Assembly (NCBI GenBank): GCA_963797565.1
Contig: CAWCPM010000010.1
Coordinates: 69,834-133,833 of the forward strand
DNA length: 64,000 nt
Source of the DNA: an uncultured Actinomycetes bacterium
GTDB taxonomy: Bacteria > Actinomycetota > Thermoleophilia > Gaiellales > JAICJC01
Reading direction: 5' to 3'
Below are positions 23,983 to 33,292 of the stretch, in pieces. How positions within the stretch are numbered: position 1 is the stretch's first letter; every line of letters starts with the position of its first letter. A program made the translations under genes and the position numbers. Under the pieces are notes generated by a model. The model did no database searches, had not been told where the DNA came from, and saw only the letters and a list, made by a program, of their open reading frames with translations.

Positions 23983-25061
23983 GCCGGTTGCAGCGACCTG
24001 TCGAGGGCGGTCAGGAAGGCGTCGTTCTCGTCCGGCAGGCCGACGGTGACGCGCACGCAGGAGGGTGCGCCGAACGGGGCAAGGGGGCGCACGATCACGC
24101 CCTCGCGCTCGAGCCGGGCGGCCAGGGCGGCCCCGTCCCCGACCTCTGCGCAGACGAAGTTGGCGGCGGCCGGATACAGCTTCACGCCCCGCGCTGCCAG
24201 CTCGGCCTCCAGCCGCCGGCGCTCGCCCTCGTTCTCGCCGCGCCGGCGCTCGATCTCAGCCTGGTCGTCCAGGCTGGCAACAGCCGCGACCTGCGCCAGC
24301 TCGGAGACGTCGAAGGGGCCGCGCACCTTGCCCAGCTCGGCAACAACCGGCGCAGGTGCAACGCCGTAGCCGATCCGCAGGCCGGCCAGCCCGTAGATCT
24401 TCGAGAAGGTGCGCAGCACGACGACGTTGGGGCGGCCGGCATGGGCGGCGATCGCATCGACGTGGGCGGGGTCGGTGACGTACTCGTGGTACGCGGAGTC
24501 GATCACGACCAGCACCCGCTCCCCCACGGCGTCGAGGAACGCGGCCAGGGCATCGCCGGAGACGATCCCGCCGGTGGGGTTGTTGGGGCTGCAGACGTAG
24601 GCGATGCGGGTGGCGGCGGTGACGCCGGCGGCCATCGCCTCGAGGTCGTAGCTGCCGTCGCGGAGCGGCACCATGACCGGCTTGGCGCCCATCTTGACGG
24701 CGCTCAGGCGGTAGCTGACGAACGACGGCCAACCCATCAGCACCTCATCGCCAGGGCGCAGGTAGGCCAGCGCCAGGTTCGCGATCACGGCATCCGCGCC
24801 GTTGCCGGCGGCCACGCGGTCGGGCGTGAGGCCGTGGCGGCCGGCCAGCCGCTCGAGCAGCTCGGCGCCGCCCTCCGGGTAGCGGTTGAGGCCGGGGGCC
24901 GCGGCGGCAAGGGCCTCGATGGCGGCCGGGAACGGCCCGTGGGGGCCTTCGTTGGAGCCCAGCTTGACGATGCGCTCGAGGCCGAGCTCCCGGCGCAGCG
25001 CCGACGCCGGTTTGCCGGGCTGATACGGCCTCAGGTCTTCGATCTCGGGGCGTGCCTGCAC
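23979..25061 (-). CDS. hisC: histidinol-phosphate (aromatic) aminotransferase, class II
   Basis: LRPYQPGKP..KLGSNEGPHGP..CSPNNPTGG..RTFSKIYGLAGLRIGY. GTG 25061 is chosen as the start (uncertain). The stop overlaps the meaB start. Confidence 0.82.
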   Translation of the reverse strand: MQARPEIEDLRPYQPGKPASALRRELGLERIVKLGSNEGPHGPFPAAIEALAAAAPGLNRYPEGGAELLERLAGRHGLTPDRVAAGNGADAVIANLALAYLRPGDEVLMGWPSFVSYRLSAVKMGAKPVMVPLRDGSYDLEAMAAGVTAATRIAYVCSPNNPTGGIVSGDALAAFLDAVGERVLVVIDSAYHEYVTDPAHVDAIAAHAGRPNVVVLRTFSKIYGLAGLRIGYGVAPAPVVAELGKVRGPFDVSELAQVAAVASLDDQAEIERRRGENEGERRRLEAELAARGVKLYPAAANFVCAEVGDGAALAARLEREGVIVRPLAPFGAPSCVRVTVGLPDENDAFLTALDRSLQPA

Positions 25062-25086
25062 GGGCGGGTACAGTACCAACCTGCTG

Positions 25087-25704
25087 ATGGCCACCCGCGA
25101 GATCGGCATCTTCGCTCTGCCCACCGTGCTCGTTCCGGGCGAGCGGATGCCGCTCCACGTGTTCGAGGAGCGGTACAAGCAGCTGATCAGCGAGTGCCTC
25201 GACCTGGATCGCCCATTCCTGCTGCTGTACGCGGACGAGGGCGGGACGCGCGAGCTGGGCTGTGCGGCGCACGTCGAGCAGGTGCTGGAGCGGTTCGAGG
25301 ACGGCCGGCTGAACATCATGGTCGAGGGCACGGAGGTGCTGCGGGTGGTCGAGATGACCCGTGGCCAGGCCTACACGACGGCGATGGCCGACATCGCGGA
25401 TGAGGATCTCAGCCCGGGCGACGAGACCGAGCCGGTGATGGAGCTGTTCCGGCAGATCGCGAGCGCGGGCGGCGGCGACCCCCAGGAGGATCTGACGGCG
25501 AGCGGGCAGCCGCTCAGCTACGCGATCATGGCACGGGTCGACTTCCCGGCCGAGGAGAAGCAGCGGGTGCTGGAGCTGCGCGCCGAGTCATCCCGGCTGG
25601 CGGCGATCATCGATCTGCTGGCGCGCGGGCTGCAGGCGCTGGCCCAGATCGAGCAGATCCGCGAGCGGGCGCAGACCAACGGCAAGGTCCCGCACGGCGA
25701 GTAG
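25087..25704 (+). CDS. LON N-terminal (substrate-binding) domain protein
   Basis: IFALPTVLVPGERMPLHVFEERYKQL.. is a stand-alone Lon N-domain, 205 aa. Confidence 0.8.
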   Translation: MATREIGIFALPTVLVPGERMPLHVFEERYKQLISECLDLDRPFLLLYADEGGTRELGCAAHVEQVLERFEDGRLNIMVEGTEVLRVVEMTRGQAYTTAMADIADEDLSPGDETEPVMELFRQIASAGGGDPQEDLTASGQPLSYAIMARVDFPAEEKQRVLELRAESSRLAAIIDLLARGLQALAQIEQIRERAQTNGKVPHGE

Positions 25705-25732
25705 CAAGCGCGGGCTGCTGAGGCACCCGCTG

Positions 25733-26611
25733 GTGGCGCTCGCGGCCGCGAATTGTCTGTACGCGGGGGCGTTCCCGGCAAGCGAGGTGGCGCTGCGCAC
25801 GATCGGGCCGCTGACGCTGGCGGGGCTGCGGTTCGCGATCGCGGCGCTGGTGCTGTCGCCGATCGCGGTGCCGGTGATCCGGCGGCTGTCGACCGGGCAG
25901 CTGGCGCGGATCGCGGCCGTGGCGTCGATCGGGCTGTGGGGCCAGATGGTGCTGATCTACCTGGGTATCAACCACTCCAACTCGGCAATCGCGGCGATCA
26001 TCGTGGGCCTCGAGCCGGTGATGATCGCGGTGTGGGCGGCGCTGCTCCTGGGCGAGCGGTTCGTGGCGAGGACGGCGGCCGGGCTCTGCATCGGCCTGGT
26101 CGGCTCGCTGCTCGTGGCAGGGCTGGGCCGCCCGCACGGCGCCAGCCTCGCCGGGCTGCTGTTCCTGCTGGGCACCGGGGTGGCGTTCTCGTGGTACACG
26201 GTCGCCAGCAAGTCGTTCCTGGGCATGTGCAGCCCGATCGAGCTGACTGCGGTGATCAGCGTCGCCGGGGCGATCTGGGCGCTGGCGCCGATGCTGGCCG
26301 AGATCGCCCTGGGTAACGGGTTCGACGGCACCGGGCCGCAGAGCTGGGTGATGGTGCTGTACCTCGGCATCGGCAACAGCGTGATCGCCTACTCGCTCTG
26401 GAACCGGGCGTTGCGCGGCCTACCGGCAGCCGCGGTGGGGGCGTCGCTCTACGCCCAGCCGATCCTGGGGGCAGGGCTGTCGTGGCTGCTGCTGCGAGAC
26501 GCGCTGCCGGCGACGTTCCTGCCCGGCGCCGTGCTGGTGCTGGCGGGCGTCTACGTGGCGTCCTCGGCACGGACGCGGGTGCCAGAGAGCTTGCCCGAAA
26601 GCATGCCCTGA
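25733..26611 (+). CDS. EamA/DMT-family transporter
   Basis: About 10 TM segments and duplicated EamA repeats. Start uncertain. Confidence 0.8.
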   Translation: MALAAANCLYAGAFPASEVALRTIGPLTLAGLRFAIAALVLSPIAVPVIRRLSTGQLARIAAVASIGLWGQMVLIYLGINHSNSAIAAIIVGLEPVMIAVWAALLLGERFVARTAAGLCIGLVGSLLVAGLGRPHGASLAGLLFLLGTGVAFSWYTVASKSFLGMCSPIELTAVISVAGAIWALAPMLAEIALGNGFDGTGPQSWVMVLYLGIGNSVIAYSLWNRALRGLPAAAVGASLYAQPILGAGLSWLLLRDALPATFLPGAVLVLAGVYVASSARTRVPESLPESMP

Positions 26612-26667
26612 CCGGGCGAGTGACGGCCGCCGTGACCTTCCCGTAACCGCGCCGTCACCGCCCGTTG

Positions 26668-26696
26668 GCAACACCCGCGCCTGGCACCGGTGTTGC
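26668..26696. repeat. 29-nt hairpin repeat copy 1 (GCAACACC-CGCGCCTGGCACC-GGTGTTGC)
   Basis: Identical to 41055..41083. It has 8-bp inverted arms and lies in a convergent intergenic region (EamA / ggt). Confidence 0.85.
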
Positions 26697-26803
26697 GCGC
26701 GGGAGAGGGGTGTTTGGCTTAACCATCGCGTAAACCCGCGTAATTTGACACGACCGCCGTGGTGTTCCGGCACGGCACCGGCACGGATCGTGAGCGCGGC
26801 GTG

Positions 26804-28381
26804 TCAGTCCAGGACGAGGCCGAAGCACGAGCGGCGGGGATCGCCGGCCGCCGAGAGCTCGCCGCTGTCGTCCCGACGCACGGCGTTGGCGCCGCCGAAG
26901 TAGAGGTTCAGCCCGTCGAAGCGGACCAGCTGCTCGCCCCAGCGCTCCAGCTGCTGCAGCTGGTCGGGTTGGAGTCCTCCCTCGCAGTCGAGCCGGCCGC
27001 CCTCGACGTGCACCCGGGGGAAGGCCACGGCCTGGTCGATCGCCATGCCGTGCTCGACCACGTTCACGATCACCTGCGTTATCGCCGAGCGCAGCCGGTT
27101 CGACCCGCTCGAGCCGACCACCAGCCTCACCGCCCCGTCCCGCTCGAGCACCGTCGGCGCCTGCATGCTGGTGAGCCGATGGCCGGGGCGCAGATGACGG
27201 CCCGCCGCCAGGTCCTCCTCACCCATCATGTTGTTCAGGTGCAGACCCGTGCCCGGGACGATCACGCCCGAGTGGCTCCCGTTCGAGGCCGTGAACGCGG
27301 CCGCGTTTCCCTCACCGTCGATCACCGAGATGTGCGTCGTGCCGCGATCGCTCGCCAGGGCGGGCACGCCGGACGGCGCGTCCGCAAGCGCCCGCTCGAT
27401 CTCGTGCCGCCCCGCCTGCACCTGCTCCCGCGACAGCAGGTGCGCCGCCAGCCCGCCCCTGTGCAGCAGACGCGCGAAGCGCGCGTCGCGCCGCCGTCCC
27501 GCCGCTCGCATCGACTCCGCCAGCACCCGCAGCGCATCCGCCTGCCCGGCGCTGCGACCCGGCGCGAACGGCTCCAGCACCGCCAGCATGTAGGCGATCA
27601 GGGCGCCGCCGGACGACGGCGGCGCGTTCGTGATCAGCTCGTGCCCGCCGTAGGCCGACCGCAGCGGCCGCCGCCACACGGGCCGGTATGACGCCAGATC
27701 GGCCATCGTGAGACGGCCGCCGTGCCGGTGCTGGTGGTCGACCATCGCCCGCGCCAGCCGGCCGCGGTACAGCACGTCCGGCCCGTTGTCCGCGAGCAGC
27801 TCGATCGTGCCCGCCAGCTCCTTCTGCACGATCACGTCGCCCTCCCTGACGTAGCGGCCGCCCGGGGCGAAGATCGCCGAGGCCTCCGGCGTGCTGGTCA
27901 GGATCGCCCGGATCGCGTCGAACACCGCTCGCTGACCGTCGTTCGTGGGCACGCCTCGCGCCGCCGTCGCCGCCGCCGGCCGCACCAGGTCGGCCCACGC
28001 CAGCCGCCCGTACCTGCGGTGCGCCTCGTGCAGCCCCGCCACCACTCCCGGCACCGCACAGGCCGCCGACCCGATATGGAACACCTGCGTGGTCTGCTGG
28101 TCGAACGGCACCAGCACGTGCTCGACCTCGACCAGCCGCCTTCCTGCCGGCAGATCCTGGCCGGGGATGGCGGTGAACGCGTCCAGCAGCGCCGCCTTCC
28201 CCCGCGCCGGCCGCACCATCACGAAGCCGCCTCCGCAGGGCCCGGTCAGCGCCGGCTCCGCCGCCCACGACATCGCGCCCGCCGCGACCACCGCGTCCAC
28301 AGCGGTTCCCCCGGCCTCAAGCGCCGCCGCACCGGCACGCGCCGTCAGCTCGTGGCCTGCGGCGATCGCTCCCCGCGCCAT
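26804..28381 (-). CDS. ggt: gamma-glutamyltranspeptidase
   Basis: Ntn-hydrolase family with the [14 protein letters not shown] autoprocessing Thr motif. Start taken at [11 protein letters not shown] (28381). Confidence 0.88.
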   Translation of the reverse strand: MARGAIAAGHELTARAGAAALEAGGTAVDAVVAAGAMSWAAEPALTGPCGGGFVMVRPARGKAALLDAFTAIPGQDLPAGRRLVEVEHVLVPFDQQTTQVFHIGSAACAVPGVVAGLHEAHRRYGRLAWADLVRPAAATAARGVPTNDGQRAVFDAIRAILTSTPEASAIFAPGGRYVREGDVIVQKELAGTIELLADNGPDVLYRGRLARAMVDHQHRHGGRLTMADLASYRPVWRRPLRSAYGGHELITNAPPSSGGALIAYMLAVLEPFAPGRSAGQADALRVLAESMRAAGRRRDARFARLLHRGGLAAHLLSREQVQAGRHEIERALADAPSGVPALASDRGTTHISVIDGEGNAAAFTASNGSHSGVIVPGTGLHLNNMMGEEDLAAGRHLRPGHRLTSMQAPTVLERDGAVRLVVGSSGSNRLRSAITQVIVNVVEHGMAIDQAVAFPRVHVEGGRLDCEGGLQPDQLQQLERWGEQLVRFDGLNLYFGGANAVRRDDSGELSAAGDPRRSCFGLVLD

Positions 28382-29640
28382 CGCGCCGCTCCTACCCCTG
28401 CAGGAAGCTGGGCGGCTCGAGCAGGTCGCTCGGCGGCGGTGCCTGCGGACGCTCGCGCGCGAGTCTCGACGCCCGGAGATCCCGAGGACGAGAAGCCCGT
28501 GGCCACGACCGTCACCCACATCTGCCCGGCCAGCAGCTCGTCGACGGATGCGCCGAAGATGATGTTGGTGCGGTCGTCGGACGCCGCCCGCACGATCTCG
28601 GCCGCCTCGTTCACCTCGTGCAGCGACAGGTCGCTGCCGCCCGAGATCGAGAGCAGGATGCCGCGGGCGCCGCGCACCTCGTGGTCGATCAGCGGGCTCT
28701 TGATCGCCCGCGTCGCGGCCTCGGCGGCGCGGTTCGGCCCGGTCGACATGCCGATCCCCATCATCGCCGTGCCCGCGTCGGACATCACGGCGCGCACGTC
28801 CGCGAAGTCGAGGTTGATCAGCCCCGGCAGCGTGATCAGATCGCAGATGCCCTGCACGCCCTGGCGCAGCACGTCGTCGGCGATCCGGAACGCGTCGACC
28901 AGCGTCGTGCCCTTCTCGAGCACGTCCAGCAGCCGGTCGTTGGGGATCACGATCACCGTGTCGGAGGAGTCGCGCAGCGCCTCCACGCCGCCCCGCGACT
29001 GCTGCCCGCGGCGGCTGCCCTCGAACCCGAACGGCGACGTCACGATGCCGACGGTGAGCGCGCCCACCTCGCGGGCGATGCGGGCCACGACCGGCGCCGC
29101 TCCGGTGCCGGTGCCGCCGCCCTCCCCCGCGGTCACGAACACCATGTCCGAGCCGCGCAGCACGGTCTTGATGCGGTCGTAGCTGCCCTCGGCGGCCAGC
29201 CGGCCGACCTCGGGGTCGGCTCCCGATCCCAACCCTTGAGTCTGCTCGCGGCCGATGTGGATCTTGGTCGGGGCGTCCGACATCTGCAGCTGCTGGATGT
29301 CGGTGTTGACGGCGATGAACTCGACGCCCTTCACGTCCGACTCGATCATGCGGTTGACGGCGTTGCAGCCGCCGCCGCCCACGCCCACCACCCGGATCAC
29401 GGCCAGGTACGGCTGGCCCTCCGGGCGCGGGAAACGCGAGGTGTCGGTCGGCTCGGGCAGGTCGATCAGCTGGGGACGGACGGCGTCCGCCGCTGCGGAG
29501 GCGGCCGGGGCGGCCTTCGACTTGGCGCGGCCACGCGGCGTTGCCGTCTCCTCGGCGTCCTTCTCGGCGCTCTGACTGGCCTCGGTCGCCTTGAACAGCT
29601 GGGCGAGCGGGCCGTCGCGCATGCTGTTGCGCTTAGCCAT
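28345..29640 (-). CDS. ftsZ: cell division protein FtsZ with ~80-aa N-terminal extension; C-terminal tail frameshifted (true stop probably 28392)
   Basis: [15 protein letters not shown] and [13 protein letters not shown] tubulin signatures. An alternative frame at the 3' end encodes [15 protein letters not shown], the conserved FtsZ C-terminal peptide. GGAGG lies 9 nt before ATG 29640. Confidence 0.92.
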   Translation of the reverse strand: MAKRNSMRDGPLAQLFKATEASQSAEKDAEETATPRGRAKSKAAPAASAAADAVRPQLIDLPEPTDTSRFPRPEGQPYLAVIRVVGVGGGGCNAVNRMIESDVKGVEFIAVNTDIQQLQMSDAPTKIHIGREQTQGLGSGADPEVGRLAAEGSYDRIKTVLRGSDMVFVTAGEGGGTGTGAAPVVARIAREVGALTVGIVTSPFGFEGSRRGQQSRGGVEALRDSSDTVIVIPNDRLLDVLEKGTTLVDAFRIADDVLRQGVQGICDLITLPGLINLDFADVRAVMSDAGTAMMGIGMSTGPNRAAEAATRAIKSPLIDHEVRGARGILLSISGGSDLSLHEVNEAAEIVRAASDDRTNIIFGASVDELLAGQMWVTVVATGFSSSGSPGVETRARASAGTAAERPARAAQLPAGVGAARWRGERSPQATS

Positions 29641-30467
29641 CTCGGAGTACCTCCCCCGCCAGATCGCGGTAGGCCTTGGCGGCCTTTCCCTTGGGATCGT
29701 ACTTGAGCACGGAGGTGCCCTTCACGGGCGCCTCCGCATAGCGGATCGTCTTTCGGATCTTGGTCTCGAACACCAGGTCGCCGAAGTTCTCCTCCAGGAT
29801 CTCGACCGCCTCACGCGAGTGCAGCGTGCGCCCGTCGAACATGGTCGGCAGGATCCCCGCGATGCGCACGTCCGGGTTCAGGTTCTCGCGGATCATGGTC
29901 AGCGTGTTCTCGAGCTGGATCAGCCCGCGCAGCGACAGGTACTCGCACTGCACCGGCACGATCACGCCGTCCGCGGCGGTGAGCGCGTTGATCGTGAGCA
30001 GGCCCAGCGACGGCGGCGTGTCGATCAGCACGTAGTCGTAGCGGCCGCGCACCGGCAGGAGCGCCTTCTGCAGCGCTCGCTCGCGCCCGATCATCGACGA
30101 CAGCGCCAGCTCGGCGCCGGCCAGGTCGATGCTGGACGGCGGCCAGGTCGATCTCGCGCTCCAGGATCACATCTTCCAGCGGCGTCTTGTGCACGAGCAC
30201 GTCGAACATGGTGCGGTCGAGCTCGTCGGGGTCGACGCCCTGGCTCATGGTCAGGTTCGACTGCGGATCGAGGTCAACGCACAGCACCCGCTTACCGCGC
30301 TCGACCAGGGCAACGCCGAGGTTGAGTGTGGTCGTGGTCTTCGCGACCCCGCCCTTCTGGTTTGCGAGCGCGATGACCTGCCCCACAGCGAGTCCTCCAA
30401 CGATTGTGAGATCCGGCCGCGTACGTCCCTCGAGAGCCGCGGCCGCTGCACCGGTTCCGAACTGCAT
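29633..30467 (-). pseudogene. parA: ParA/Soj-family ATPase, frameshift near 30131-30146; stop overlaps the ftsZ start by 8 nt
   Basis: The N-terminal half (IALANQKGGVAKTTTTLNLG..DLDPQSN) is in frame 30467. The C-terminal half (PSSIDLAGAELALSSMIGRE..YDYVLIDTPPSLG) is in frame 30094. Confidence 0.88.
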
Positions 30468-30524
30468 CGGAACGCTGTTTCGTGCCTGCGGAGTCTATTC
30501 CTGCCCGGTTCCCGGGTTGTCCGG

Positions 30525-31592
30525 CTACTGCGCGCGGGCGCGGGCGGTGGCGATCCGCTCGGCCGGCATGGGATGTGAGGCCGTCAGCGTGTGCCAGAGC
30601 CAGGGCGGCTCAAGCTCCATCAGGTTCTGGTCGACCAGCCGCTCGAAGGTGACCGCGTAGCGCTCGCCCTGGCCGGTGACGTCGACGGCGTAGGCGTCGG
30701 CGCGCCGCTCCAGCGCGCGCGAGTAGGCCGCGCCCAGCGGCGATACCAGCGCCGACCCGAGCGTGAGGCCGAGCACCAGCGACGGCAGCGACGTGAGATG
30801 TCCGGGGCCGTCCGGTGACAGCTCGCGCACGGCCAGCCATGCCCCCGCCATGCCGGCTGCCAGCGTCAGCGCCGTGATCCCGAGCAGCCGCCACACGTCC
30901 CCGTGGGCGTGGTGGCCGAGCTCGTGCGCCAGCACCAGGCGGGTGTCGGTGAGGCCCTCCTCGGCGTCCTCGCCCTCTGCGATGGTGTCGCCCACGTACA
31001 CGCGCAGGGTCGGCCCCAGGCCGGCCACCATCGCATTCGCGGCCGACGTCTTCTCGCCCATGTGCAGCAGCCGCATCTCCTTGACCGGCACGCCGCTGGT
31101 GCGCACCGTCGCCCACAGCTCTTCGGCCATCGGCCCGTCGGACAGCGGCTCGCTCTTCATGAACAGCGGCAGCAGCAGCACCGGGAACAGCACCGACAGC
31201 GCCACCGACACCACCATCGCACCGCCCCAGGCCGGAACCGGCCACCAGTTCGGCCACAGCCGGCCCAGCCCCAGCAGGCCGAGCGCGATCAGGCCACCCA
31301 GTACCAGCCCGATCGCGCGTGCCTTGGCCTGGTCGGCCAGCCAGCCGCCGGTGGTCTGCCGGGACAGTCCGTTGCGGCGCGACAGCACCTCTTCGGCATA
31401 CCCGAAGGGCAGGGAGATCAGCGGCAGCACCACGGCCAGGGCCAGCACGCAACCCCACCCGCCCAGCCGATCCGCCCAGTGCACGATCCCGACCAGCACC
31501 ACCAGGCTGGCGGCCGAGTCGGCCCATGACAGCCGCCGGCGCGCCCGGTTGTAGACGGCAGCCTGGCGCTGCCTGAGCGGGTCGTCCTGCAT
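30525..31592 (-). CDS. M48-family (Ste24/HtpX-like) membrane zinc metalloprotease
   Basis: HELGHHAHGD zinc motif and multiple TM segments. Confidence 0.82.
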   Translation of the reverse strand: MQDDPLRQRQAAVYNRARRRLSWADSAASLVVLVGIVHWADRLGGWGCVLALAVVLPLISLPFGYAEEVLSRRNGLSRQTTGGWLADQAKARAIGLVLGGLIALGLLGLGRLWPNWWPVPAWGGAMVVSVALSVLFPVLLLPLFMKSEPLSDGPMAEELWATVRTSGVPVKEMRLLHMGEKTSAANAMVAGLGPTLRVYVGDTIAEGEDAEEGLTDTRLVLAHELGHHAHGDVWRLLGITALTLAAGMAGAWLAVRELSPDGPGHLTSLPSLVLGLTLGSALVSPLGAAYSRALERRADAYAVDVTGQGERYAVTFERLVDQNLMELEPPWLWHTLTASHPMPAERIATARARAQ

Positions 31593-31594
31593 GA

Positions 31595-32116
31595 TCAGCG
31601 GACGGCGGTGAGCGCCGCAGGGGCGAGCGCGAGCTGACCGGGGCCGTGTCCGGCCTCGTGGTCGATCAGCCAGGCCTTGCGGGGCAGGCCGCCGCCGTAC
31701 CCCGTGAGCTTGCCGTTCGAGCCGATCACCCGGTGACAGGGCACGATGATCGAGATCGGGTTGCTGCCGTTGGCCGCCCCCACCGCCCGCGCCGAGCCGG
31801 GCCTGCCGACGCGCCGGGCAAGCTCGCCGTAGCTGATCGTCTCACCGTAGGGGATGTCGCACAGCGCCGACCACACCTGCTGCTGGAAGGGCGTCCCACG
31901 CGGGCCGAGCGGCAGGTCGAACTCGGTCAGGGTGCCTTCGAAGTAGCGGTCGAGCTGCCGCTCGGTCTCGTCCAGCACCGCCCGGTCGCCGGCCTCGCCG
32001 CCGCCCGGCCGGTGCTCCGGGAAGCGCGAGGTGTAGAGCAGCGTCAGCGCCCCGTCGCCTGCGCCGATCAGCAGCGGGCCGATCGGGGACTCGAGAATCC
32101 GGTGAGTATCGGGCAC
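31595..32116 (-). CDS. ogt: methylated-DNA--protein-cysteine methyltransferase
   Basis: [22 protein letters not shown] active-site motif. Confidence 0.92.
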   Translation of the reverse strand: MPDTHRILESPIGPLLIGAGDGALTLLYTSRFPEHRPGGGEAGDRAVLDETERQLDRYFEGTLTEFDLPLGPRGTPFQQQVWSALCDIPYGETISYGELARRVGRPGSARAVGAANGSNPISIIVPCHRVIGSNGKLTGYGGGLPRKAWLIDHEAGHGPGQLALAPAALTAVR

Positions 32117-32145
32117 ACGTCCACTGTAGCCACGCGCGCGGCCGG

Positions 32146-33292
32146 TCAGGTCAGCCCGCGCAGGAGCTCCCGGGCGATCACCATCCGCTGGATCTGGTTG
32201 GCGCCCTCATAGATCTGGGTGATCTTGGCGTCGCGCATCATCCGCTCGACCGGGTACTCCTCGATGTAGCCGTACCCGCCCAGGATCTGCACCGCGTCGG
32301 TCGTCACCGCCATCGCCGTGTCCGAGCACATCAGCTTGGCCATCGCCGACGCCCGTGTCAGCTCCGGCCCGTCGATGCCCTCATCCAGCATCACGCCTAC
32401 GTCGTAGAGCAGCCCGCGGCTGGCCTCGACCTTGACCGCCATGTCGGCCAGCATGAACTGGATGCCCTGGTGCTCCGAAAGCGGCTTCCCGAACGTCTCC
32501 CGCTCGGTCGCGTAGCGCAGCGAGTAGTCGAGCGCCGCCTGCGCGATGCCCAGCGCCTGGGCGCCGATCCCCGGCCGCGAACGGTCGAGCACCCGCATCG
32601 CCGTGCGGAACCCGCTGCCCTCCTCACCGATCAGCGCCCCGGCCCCCACCCGGCAGCCGTCGAACACCAGCTCGCCGGTGGTCGATCCCTTGATGCCCAT
32701 CTTCGGCTCGATCCGCGCCACCGAGAACCCGGGCGCGTCGCTCTCGACCACGAAGGCCGAGATGGCATCGCCCGTGCGGGCGAACACGACGTAGGTGTGC
32801 GCCACGCCCGCGTTGGTTATGAACCGCTTGCTGCCGTCGATCACCCACCCGTCGCCGTCGCGCCGCGCCGTGGTCAGCATCGCCCGCGCGTCCGAGCCCG
32901 ACCCGGCTTCGCTCAGCGCGTAGGCCCCGATCCACTCGCCGCTGGCCCACCGCGGCAGGTAGCGCTGCTTCTGCTCCGCCGAGCCTGACAGCTCGATCGC
33001 GATCGCGCCCAGCGACTGCACCGCGAGCACCAGCCCGACCGTGGCGTCGGCCCAGCTCAGCTCCTCCACCGCCCTCAGGAAGGTCAGTGTCCCCGTGCCG
33101 GTGCCGCCGTACTCCGGGGCGAACCCGAGCGCGAACACGTCGTTCTGGCGCAGCAGCTCGCACCGCATCCCACGGGAACTCGGCCCGCTTGTCGACCTCG
33201 GCCGCGTGCGGCGCGATGTGGTCGCGGGCCAGCGTCCGCACCGCCTCGATCAGCGCCTGCTGCTCCTCGCTCTGGGGATGTCGCACGCTCAT
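32146..33292 (-). pseudogene. acyl-CoA dehydrogenase, frameshift near 33166-33176
   Basis: The N-terminus ([41 protein letters not shown]) is in frame 33292. The rest (..[34 protein letters not shown]) is in frame 33168. Confidence 0.85.

Noticed and set aside
26682-26696. A perfect sigma-54 core promoter match, TGGCAC-N5-TTGC, inside both copies of the 29-nt hairpin repeat (also at 41069-41083).
   Set aside because: Both copies point into the antisense strand of a convergent gene (ggt; the asnC-family gene). No enhancer-binding protein gene is nearby. Actinobacteria are generally reported to lack rpoN. The match is most simply a by-product of the GGTGTTGC hairpin arm. It is only worth revisiting if rpoN is found in the genome.
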